From IMG/VR virus record IMGVR_UViG_3300009370_000002: a stretch of DNA of 64,000 nt; one strand, written 5' to 3'. Under the pieces are notes generated by a model, which worked only from the letters and a program-made list of their open reading frames with translations, searched no databases and was not told the origin of the DNA. This document shows positions 56,995 through 64,000 of the stretch, piece after piece (position 1 is the stretch's first letter; each line of letters opens with the position of its first letter). A program made the position numbers and the translations under genes. The stretch comes from a virus.

Positions 56995-57959
56995 ATCACA
57001 CTCTCTATTGGGCGCCATAGGGGAATATTTAATATTTTATGATGCAATTTTTCTAAAATTGGCAATTTTATTCCATCATTATAATACCCCATCTTATGTA
57101 ACATGGGGTAATTTCTTGCCCATTTTGTTCTCTTAATTATTTCATCGGCATTATCAGTTATTACTGTCCCAAAATAAAAAGAAGATTTTGAATCATGCTT
57201 AAGTAAATTATATTTGTTAAACAAAAGCTCATAATTGGCTTTTCTAGCTTTTAAATTTTTTTGATATCGTTTTATTTGAGTAATTCCTATTGTAGCGTTT
57301 AAGTTGTTCATATAAAATTTAAAACCATCAGTTTTTATATCATAAGTAAGATTTTTAGAAATTCTACCAAAATCTCTATAGTTATTGAAATAGTTCGCAG
57401 CCTCACTTATATCAGTGGAAATCATTCCGCCATCAGAAGTGCAAATTGGCTTGTATGGGTGAAAAGAAAAAAATATAAAATCTGATTTAATTGTTGGCGT
57501 TACGCAATGAGCAGAATCAACAACAATTATTTCATCACCAAAGCCTTCAAAATTATCAATATTGCTAACTCCTCCATATAAAACTGGCATTAGAACTACT
57601 CTATTTTTAGTTTCTTTTCTAATTTTTCTATAGTGTTCGCAAGAAAATTGTAAATCATCTTGAACATCAACAAACATCAAATTGTGCCCAAAATGCTTAG
57701 CACACCAAGCAGGCGAAGTAAATCCTAATGAAGTAGTATAAACATCACATACGCCGAACCTATCTTTTAAATAAGAAAAAATCATAAAAGAAGCAGCAGA
57801 GGCTGAATTGCAAGCGATATTGTATTTCTTTTTTGAAAAATCACAGAACATATTTTCAAAAACACTCACATTTGATCCAAACCCTATGTTACCAGAAAGT
57901 AATATTTTAGAGATATATTCAACATCCTCATTTAATAATTTTGTTTCAAAGATTTTCAT
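56991..57959 (-). CDS. DegT/DnrJ PLP-dependent sugar aminotransferase (PseC-like)
   Basis: NSASAA, VVDSAH and SFHPYKPICTSDGGMI (PLP lysine). Confidence 0.88.
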   Translation of the reverse strand: MKIFETKLLNEDVEYISKILLSGNIGFGSNVSVFENMFCDFSKKKYNIACNSASAASFMIFSYLKDRFGVCDVYTTSLGFTSPAWCAKHFGHNLMFVDVQDDLQFSCEHYRKIRKETKNRVVLMPVLYGGVSNIDNFEGFGDEIIVVDSAHCVTPTIKSDFIFFSFHPYKPICTSDGGMISTDISEAANYFNNYRDFGRISKNLTYDIKTDGFKFYMNNLNATIGITQIKRYQKNLKARKANYELLFNKYNLLKHDSKSSFYFGTVITDNADEIIKRTKWARNYPMLHKMGYYNDGIKLPILEKLHHKILNIPLWRPIESVI

Positions 57960-58947
57960 CAGATTCCACTTCTCCCCTTTTTATTAATAAACAAAGTGAT
58001 TCAACATCACCACTTACATGTAGCGATGAATTAAAATGACACCCAGTATATTTTTCCCACTGTGCGGTGTGTACTCTTTTGGTATATTGGGGCTTTACGC
58101 ACAACAGATTTACACCAGCAACCTTATATGTGAAGGGTAATTCTGTTTCTGCTAGCATGTCTTCGTGCAATTTTTCGCCTGGTCTTAAGCCAACAAGTTC
58201 ATACTCTATTTTTTTTCCATGAATTTTCTCTATTGATTTCAAAATTGTTTTCATACCATATGATGGAATCTCAGGAATAAAAACTTCGCCACCCTCAGAA
58301 TTAATAACCGCAGCCAAGACTGTATCTACTGCGTCTTCGATGGTAAATAAAAACCTTGTCATAGCTAGGGAAGTTACTTTTATTTTTTTATTATTTTTTA
58401 GCATCCCTAACCACAAAGGAATGAAAGAGCCCCTACTGCATATGACGTTGCCATATCTAACAGACGAAAACACCGTACTCTTACTATAATAATCATAATT
58501 TGTAAACACTCTTTCTGCTATAAATTTAGAAGAACCATAAACATTAACTGGTTGACATGCTTTGTCTGTCGATATTAAAACACATTTTGAAACACTGTTG
58601 TTTAAAGAGGCTTGTGCCACGTTTTCAGAGCCTTGTATGTTTGTTTTGACGCATTCGTCTGGGTAGAATTCCATGTCGTCTATCCTTTTCAGAGCAGCGG
58701 TATGGATCACCACATCAGGACTATGTCTCATCATAGATTTATTCAATTTATCATAATCCCTAATATCGCCTATCACTCTTATAATGTCCTTGTTATTGCC
58801 AAACAATAATGCTTGTTTGCCTTCATCTCTACTATAAACTATTGGAACACCGCCATGTTCCAGTATCCTTCTAATCAGTGCTTTACCAAGAGTGCCAGTC
58901 CCACCAGTGATAAAAAATTTTCTATTATTAATAAAATTGCTTTCCAT
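57946..58947 (-). CDS. pseB: UDP-GlcNAc 4,6-dehydratase (PseB/FlaA1-like)
   Basis: ITGGTGTLG, HTAALK, STDKACQPVNVYGSSK, RYGNVICSRGS and GLRPGEKLHE. Confidence 0.85.
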   Translation of the reverse strand: MESNFINNRKFFITGGTGTLGKALIRRILEHGGVPIVYSRDEGKQALLFGNNKDIIRVIGDIRDYDKLNKSMMRHSPDVVIHTAALKRIDDMEFYPDECVKTNIQGSENVAQASLNNSVSKCVLISTDKACQPVNVYGSSKFIAERVFTNYDYYSKSTVFSSVRYGNVICSRGSFIPLWLGMLKNNKKIKVTSLAMTRFLFTIEDAVDTVLAAVINSEGGEVFIPEIPSYGMKTILKSIEKIHGKKIEYELVGLRPGEKLHEDMLAETELPFTYKVAGVNLLCVKPQYTKRVHTAQWEKYTGCHFNSSLHVSGDVESLCLLIKRGEVESDENL

Positions 58948-58955
58948 TCTTTCTC

Positions 58956-60290
58956 CTATCCATGAAAATAATTCATCGAATAATATAGTTTCCTTTCATA
59001 AATTTCAGGCTTCCGGGTAAATTCAATGTGGGAACCAATTTCGGCATTATTTATATGTGCATATTTCGGACCCTTCAAAACCCTCAACAATAACTTGGGG
59101 TGCATCCTATATGTCACAAACCTATTACAGTTAGCAATTTCTTCTTCACTAACCACTTCGTATAGTTCTGAATTATTGTGTATTTTTAATACTTTGTTTT
59201 CTATTAAGTAAATAAAAATTTTTGTTTCAGTCTCAAATCTTAATTCCTTTCTTTTTCTACAGTATCTTTTAAAAGCTTCAGGGAGCAACTTAAGTATCAT
59301 TTCCAGTGTAACTTCATCATCATATTCATATGGAAATTTAATTTTAGATAAAACATTATTAATATATTTTTCTTTTCGTTCTACATCAATCGGAACATAA
59401 GGTGCAGAAGTTGTTAAGGTTTGTATATCAAAATATTGTTTTTGATTCAAGCAAAAGCCTGTTCCTTCCTTATAGGCTGATTTATAAATTTCTAATGCCT
59501 CTTCTTTGCTAGGGGTAAATTTATATTTTTCTAGCGAAGATAAAAACCCTGATAATGTATATTCACCAGCATATGGCATATAATACTTCGGCTGAACAAA
59601 TTTGAGGGTTTTTATACCCCAATCTATAAATTTGCTTCTCTTTACTTTACCAAAGTGTTCTTTTTCCAAAGTGCTATAATGACTCCAGCATTGAGGATAA
59701 GAACCAGCACCAGTGTAGCTCAAAAATAATAAATCAATAACTCCAAATTTATCTAACACACTTTGAAGTGTATTTTGCATCAATGGAAAAGGACAATCAT
59801 TAATTTGCAAAAAATTGTGTTGCTTTGTTCTTAATAGCGAAAAAGTATCAATCCCAATCGAAGCGTTGGGTTTACTTTTTTTTCCACAGCCCAAAAATTT
59901 AAAACAGCTTTCTGGGTCACAGCCATCCGCAGCATACACATAAATCTCTAAATCTTCGCTAATTTTAAATGCCTCCCCATGCTCCAGTTCGATTACTCTT
60001 TTTCCAATTCTTTCTAAGATGTTTTTTACAAACTTATCATCCCACTTATGTATTAGAATGGGAATTTCATTAGAAATTTTATTAAGAGTTTCTACATGGA
60101 GATGGTCGGCGTGTACATGGCTTATATGAATATAGTCCAAATCATCAAACTCAGACCAGTCTATGTTCAGTTCCGGATATATGCTCCAAGAGCCATATTG
60201 AGTTTTGCCCAAAAGCCACGGATCAAATAAAACTTTTGTTCCATTATGTTCAGCCATGATGGTTGTGTTATTATAAAATTTTATCTTCAC
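58956..60290 (-). CDS. Second CMAH-like MBL-fold protein, 444 aa
   Basis: FDPW, SHVHADH, QINDC, MPYAG and HIEFTRKPEIYERKLYYSMNYFH. Clear paralog of 54111-55439. Confidence 0.7.
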   Translation of the reverse strand: MKIKFYNNTTIMAEHNGTKVLFDPWLLGKTQYGSWSIYPELNIDWSEFDDLDYIHISHVHADHLHVETLNKISNEIPILIHKWDDKFVKNILERIGKRVIELEHGEAFKISEDLEIYVYAADGCDPESCFKFLGCGKKSKPNASIGIDTFSLLRTKQHNFLQINDCPFPLMQNTLQSVLDKFGVIDLLFLSYTGAGSYPQCWSHYSTLEKEHFGKVKRSKFIDWGIKTLKFVQPKYYMPYAGEYTLSGFLSSLEKYKFTPSKEEALEIYKSAYKEGTGFCLNQKQYFDIQTLTTSAPYVPIDVERKEKYINNVLSKIKFPYEYDDEVTLEMILKLLPEAFKRYCRKRKELRFETETKIFIYLIENKVLKIHNNSELYEVVSEEEIANCNRFVTYRMHPKLLLRVLKGPKYAHINNAEIGSHIEFTRKPEIYERKLYYSMNYFHG

Positions 60291-60982
60291 TTATTCACCA
60301 TTGTTGAGTATAATTTTTCATACATTTTAAATTCCCACTCATAATCAACGTCAAAGCATTCCCTTTCTTCTATTTCAACCAATTCAATATCTCCGGGTTT
60401 GTTAAAATCTCCCATCCAAATAGAATCACCGATAGAGTCCAGTCTTGAAGCATATAAGCAGTGGGCTGCTTCGTATGTTATTTGAACATTTTTAGTATTC
60501 ATTGCCGCATCCCTCAATGGCGTAATAAAATTGTAGTTTTCATCCCAAAAATAATTCATTTTTTTCATAACGGCGAATGCCCCGTTGGAATCTGAATTCA
60601 TATAATGAACAATAAATTTATCTATACTCTCAACAGTTAAAAACGGAGTACATGCATTAACAAGAATTACATACTTAAAAGGCAATTTGTTCCACCATTC
60701 ATATAGACCAGTCATATGAGCATCAGGGCCTCCGTCCCACAAGGCGGACTCCCTACTTCTTTCAAAAACATTAACACCAAGATTTTTGCCAACCTGAATC
60801 AACTCAGGCTCATGAACTGCCAAATAAAAATTTTCTTTGGGTAAAACATTAGAATTTAAAATTTTCTTTACGGCTATTTCTGTTAAAGTGGTTCCTGCAA
60901 ACGGTCTTATCATCTTACGAGGGCAACGCTCTGACGACAATCTTGCCTGTATAAGCACACATATATCTTCAATCTTTTTCAT
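60287..60982 (-). CDS. Acylneuraminate cytidylyltransferase (NeuA/PseF family)
   Basis: IQARLSSERCPRKMIRPFAG and DVDYEWEF. Confidence 0.88.
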   Translation of the reverse strand: MKKIEDICVLIQARLSSERCPRKMIRPFAGTTLTEIAVKKILNSNVLPKENFYLAVHEPELIQVGKNLGVNVFERSRESALWDGGPDAHMTGLYEWWNKLPFKYVILVNACTPFLTVESIDKFIVHYMNSDSNGAFAVMKKMNYFWDENYNFITPLRDAAMNTKNVQITYEAAHCLYASRLDSIGDSIWMGDFNKPGDIELVEIEERECFDVDYEWEFKMYEKLYSTMVNK

Positions 60983-61336
60983 CTAGTCTCCTTTTATAAC
61001 TCGATAGCTATCACTATCAAAATGTTGTGTTGAAAATTCAAACAACTCAGTATCTTCCATAGCATACATCTGGTGTCTTAAGCCCCTATATATGTGAAAT
61101 CTGTCACCTTTTTGCAAAATTACCTTTTTGGCGCTCTCCAAGTCATCATCGTCTGAATAGTAAAGCAGTATCGCACCAGATTGAATGTAAAACACCTCAT
61201 CCTTAAGTTTGTGATAGTGCCAAGAACACCTCTTACCTTTTACAAAATACAAAAGCTTGCCGCAATACTCTTCACAATTTACAATCCACTTTTCAAAGCC
61301 CCAACCCTTTGGAACAAATTTTATATTATTATCCAT
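60983..61336 (-). CDS. Cupin-fold sugar isomerase-like protein (type II mannose-6-P isomerase C-terminal-like)
   Basis: VPKGWG, CSWHYHKLKDEVF and HQM. Alternative start at 61354. Confidence 0.75.
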   Translation of the reverse strand: MDNNIKFVPKGWGFEKWIVNCEEYCGKLLYFVKGKRCSWHYHKLKDEVFYIQSGAILLYYSDDDDLESAKKVILQKGDRFHIYRGLRHQMYAMEDTELFEFSTQHFDSDSYRVIKGD

Positions 61337-62219
61337 TTGAAGCGATTTTTCCACCTTCGAAATATCGAAGCTTTTTTGCTACCGGGATTTCGTGTTGTAG
61401 AAACTCTTTTTGCCCAGTGCCTAAAGTATTAGTAACTTGTCTTGAATGATGTATTAGTTGCCTTAAGTCATCTTTTTCAATTGATGCTGCTTGATCGGAG
61501 CCATACATTGTTTTATCCAGCGTTATGTGTCTTTCTATGGCAACTGCTCCTTTGACAACAGACAAAATTGATGGCAAAATACCAGTTTCATGCCCACTAT
61601 ATCCTACATGAACATTATATTGGTTTTTTAATGTCTCCACCATATTAATATTGCAATCTTCATCCTTGCAAGGATAAGTTGAAACACAATGAAATAATGT
61701 AAACGGACACCCAGCATCTTTGAAAATTTTTACTGCGGTATCAATATCTGCTGTATTTGACATGCCAGTAGAAATAAAAGTATGTTTCTTTTCAGATGCA
61801 ATCTCTCTCAAAAGTTCTATGTGAGTTAGCATGGCAGACGCTACTTTATTAAAAGGTAAATCATATTGTCTTAAGAAAATTTGACTTTTTATGTCCCACG
61901 CTGATGCGCTCCATAATATGCCCACATCTTTGCAATATGAATTTATTTCATCGTATTGTTCTTTCCCAAATTCTAAACCTTCCTTTTGTTCTCGTTGTGT
62001 TGTTCCCCACGGACTTTGCCTTGAAGATGAAAGATAATGTTTAGTATAAACAGTATCAATATCTCTTTTTTGGAACTTCACCGCTTGGCATCCTGCTTCG
62101 TGTGCCATATCGATAAGCTTCTTGCAGATATTCATATCGCCATTGTGATTTATACCAATTTCGGCAATAAAAAATGGTAAGTTTAAAGTATCCTGATAAG
62201 GATTAAAAGTGGTGCTCAT
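61329..62219 (-). CDS. Second NeuB-family synthase, short form without the SAF domain
   Basis: IAEIGINHNGD, AVKFQKR, HCVSTYP, GYSGHE and ERHITLDKTMYGSDQAAS. Confidence 0.9.
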   Translation of the reverse strand: MSTTFNPYQDTLNLPFFIAEIGINHNGDMNICKKLIDMAHEAGCQAVKFQKRDIDTVYTKHYLSSSRQSPWGTTQREQKEGLEFGKEQYDEINSYCKDVGILWSASAWDIKSQIFLRQYDLPFNKVASAMLTHIELLREIASEKKHTFISTGMSNTADIDTAVKIFKDAGCPFTLFHCVSTYPCKDEDCNINMVETLKNQYNVHVGYSGHETGILPSILSVVKGAVAIERHITLDKTMYGSDQAASIEKDDLRQLIHHSRQVTNTLGTGQKEFLQHEIPVAKKLRYFEGGKIASNG

Positions 62220-62228
62220 TATATACTC

Positions 62229-63092
62229 CTATTTTATATTATTATAAAGAACGTAATTTCTACTAATTTTTTCAGTAATCAAGCTATTTTTCGTCAAAAT
62301 CTCAATTTCTATTTCTTTCTCAGCCAAGTATTTTAAAATACCTTGTTCGCCTTTTTGACCAATTTGCTGTTCGCATTCATCCATATCAGATTTAAGATTG
62401 TTAACATTAAAATTTTCTGATATGTAATTGAGGGTTGGCTTAAACTCTGGCTCTGAATCATAAAAATGATTTATGCTTCCGTCTTTTTCTATTTTTGCGC
62501 CATCCCAACCTAAAATGCTAATTTTCTTTACCCCAGAGTGAACTAAGATGGGAATTATCATATCATTCATAATTCCCGGTCCCAATATTCTATTATATGG
62601 GCTATTATCTAAAGAATTTTCATGCCATCGATTTGACACAACAACAGAGTTAGAATGTCTTGCTGTGACATCCGAACCCCACAAAACATCAGGTTCATTA
62701 TCAAAGCTTTCATTAAAAGTGCCCTTTTCTATCAAATCTGGGTTGACCCAATTTTTATATCCGAGAGGCATCTCTTGTCTAGCAAGAACTATATAATCTC
62801 TTTCCTTTGGAAATTGGAACGTTGCATAGAAATTAGTAATACACACATCAGTTATATCTTTGAATTTTAATGTTGAAGTTTTGACGGTAAATACCGGCTT
62901 ATTTTGACAAAATTCCTCTATCTTTTCTTTTGGAAACTCAGAAACGCTAGTGCCGCAATTTAATACCACACATTCCAAGCCCTTATAGATGTCTTTGAGC
63001 ATCGCAGTTTTTAACAAAAGACTTTTCCCAGCAGACATTCTCTTATAAAAGTCTTTTCTTTGCTTTACAGGTATCTTATTCCACCTACTCAC
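62229..63092 (-). CDS. DUF115/sialyltransferase-like protein
   Basis: CVVLNCGTS..ISILGWDG..HFYD, similar in layout to 53036-53905. Confidence 0.5.
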   Translation of the reverse strand: MSRWNKIPVKQRKDFYKRMSAGKSLLLKTAMLKDIYKGLECVVLNCGTSVSEFPKEKIEEFCQNKPVFTVKTSTLKFKDITDVCITNFYATFQFPKERDYIVLARQEMPLGYKNWVNPDLIEKGTFNESFDNEPDVLWGSDVTARHSNSVVVSNRWHENSLDNSPYNRILGPGIMNDMIIPILVHSGVKKISILGWDGAKIEKDGSINHFYDSEPEFKPTLNYISENFNVNNLKSDMDECEQQIGQKGEQGILKYLAEKEIEIEILTKNSLITEKISRNYVLYNNIK

Positions 63093-63918
63093 TCAAACAC
63101 TCCATAACTTTATAAGGCATCTTGCTGCTTACTTCTTCCATCTTATCTATTAAATCTGCTCCGGAAAGAGAATACCAATCTTCAGATGCTGCTCCTATAA
63201 GTCGCTTTTGGTATGTCGTTTTCAAGTTTAACATCTTAGCTTCAACCAAAATCCTAGCACAAGTTTCCAGATGTCCAGTGAAAAAAACCAACCTCTCAAA
63301 CTTCGACATCTTTTCCATAAACTTGATAAAATTATTATCTTTTATCAATTCATATTCTAAATTGTTCTTTTCACAATATCTGATACAATCAAGTGTTCTC
63401 TTTATTGGGTTGGCTGAATCCATTATTGCAATTTTCTTTGTCTTCTCTGTGTTGCAAAATCTTCTTATAGATTTTAAATCTTTCTTTGTCCACACAGAAG
63501 AAGTCAAATTGCAGACATTATCCAATTCCGTGTTTAATACGAATATGTCTTTAGCTAACTTTGTCAGAAAAAACACAACTACAGCATTTCTATAAAACTC
63601 TATGTTTGCTAATTGGTCTTTTGGCGCTTTGAAATCAACAAACCCTATTGGATTTCTAGTCTTCAAATATTTATGATCTTGTTCATAAATTGCATACTTG
63701 AGATTATCAATAGCATATCGTTTACACTCTTCTTTTAAAAGAATGAAATTGGAGAAAATAAACTTCTTATCTTTGTTCTTCTCCATAAAATCAACAGTTA
63801 TTCTTTCTGATTTCATTTTTTGAATATTGACACCAATATCGCTAAACCTTTCCACCAAAGACTCAGCATTTAATTCTGCGCCTCCTTTGATTTCGGAAAA
63901 GAAAAAATCCATCACCAT
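63085..63918 (-). CDS. Putative glycosyltransferase (GT-B-like)
   Basis: GGAEL N-terminal motif, YEQDHKY and ETCARILVEAKML. ATG 63918 preferred over TTG 63948. Confidence 0.6.
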   Translation of the reverse strand: MVMDFFFSEIKGGAELNAESLVERFSDIGVNIQKMKSERITVDFMEKNKDKKFIFSNFILLKEECKRYAIDNLKYAIYEQDHKYLKTRNPIGFVDFKAPKDQLANIEFYRNAVVVFFLTKLAKDIFVLNTELDNVCNLTSSVWTKKDLKSIRRFCNTEKTKKIAIMDSANPIKRTLDCIRYCEKNNLEYELIKDNNFIKFMEKMSKFERLVFFTGHLETCARILVEAKMLNLKTTYQKRLIGAASEDWYSLSGADLIDKMEEVSSKMPYKVMECLSE

Positions 63919-63925
63919 TATTATA

Positions 63926-64000
63926 TTATTCTTCGTCAAGTGCCTCAAGCTCCTTCATCCATTCTACAAACTCTGGCTCGGGTTTGTATATAGCATCACA
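63926..64000 (-). CDS. C-terminal fragment of a gene entering from outside the window
   Basis: Open frame ..CDAIYKPEPEFVEWMKELEALDEE* ends just before the glycosyltransferase ATG. Confidence 0.5.
   Translation of the reverse strand, partial: CDAIYKPEPEFVEWMKELEALDEE

Larger units (their letters stand above)
1..64000 (-). mobile_element. Segment of a large contractile-tailed (myovirus-like) bacteriophage genome
   Basis: Co-oriented, overlapping genes. gp6-like and gp25-like baseplate wedge proteins, a gp5-like spike, tail lysins, primase, SbcCD, RuvC and a sigma-like factor. No bacterial housekeeping genes. Confidence 0.93.

Noticed and set aside
57-63595. The many plus-strand ORFs in the track (e.g. 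40184-40825, 37885-38370, 63122-63595) and nested minus-strand ORFs in other frames
   Set aside because: They lie antisense to, or inside, longer genes with clear motifs, show the Ser/Phe/Leu-rich composition of shadow frames, and lack SD sites.
1-64000. Alternative genetic code (stop-codon reassignment as in some large phages)
   Set aside because: Genes up to 3065 aa are intact in code 11, and TAA, TAG and TGA all end genes at coupled junctions.
1-64000. tRNA, rRNA, ncRNA genes and rho-independent terminators
   Set aside because: Intergenic gaps are mostly under 50 nt and I saw no cloverleaf or convincing GC hairpin plus U-tract. A tRNAscan/Infernal run would be needed to exclude them formally.
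51176-64000. Interpreting the sugar cluster as flanking host chromosome (prophage boundary)
   Set aside because: No att site, integrase or strand switch. Genes stay coupled on the same strand from the sigma and FmdB genes into the cluster. Chimeric assembly cannot be excluded without reads.

Overview
The whole window reads as a segment of a large (jumbo-like) contractile-tailed dsDNA bacteriophage. Every credible gene is on the minus strand, tightly packed and translationally coupled, in the standard genetic code. In coordinate order: (1) 1-4.4 kb replication/recombination: a single-ORF SbcD(Mre11)-SbcC(Rad50) fusion that the ORF track missed, and a DnaG-type primase. (2) 4.4-7.1 kb: an array of 12 paralogous 51-70 aa 'MK(I/V)GDLV...LEV' mini-genes, mostly joined by a recurring overlapping junction, with sigma70-type promoters nearby, followed by a RuvC-like resolvase. 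(3) 7.8-49.4 kb tail/baseplate module: tail-collar-like proteins, a 2592-aa multi-LamG protein, a protein with AAABBB repeats, gp6- and gp25-like wedge proteins, a 3065-aa giant, a gp5/VgrG-like spike and three paralogous peptidoglycan peptidases (M23, M15, M23). (4) 49.4-51.2 kb: a sigma-factor-like gene, an FmdB zinc ribbon and small conserved ORFs. (5) 51.2-64 kb: a nonulosonic (sialic/pseudaminic-like) acid biosynthesis and transfer cluster (PseB-, PseC-, PseH-like, two NeuB/PseI synthases, a CMP-transferase, two CMAH-like MBL proteins, two DUF115/sialyltransferase-like proteins, FkbM, a 2OG oxygenase, a HAD phosphatase, a cupin and a glycosyltransferase). I saw no capsid, portal, terminase, tRNA, rRNA or CRISPR. 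All family assignments come from motif recognition by eye, with no database search.
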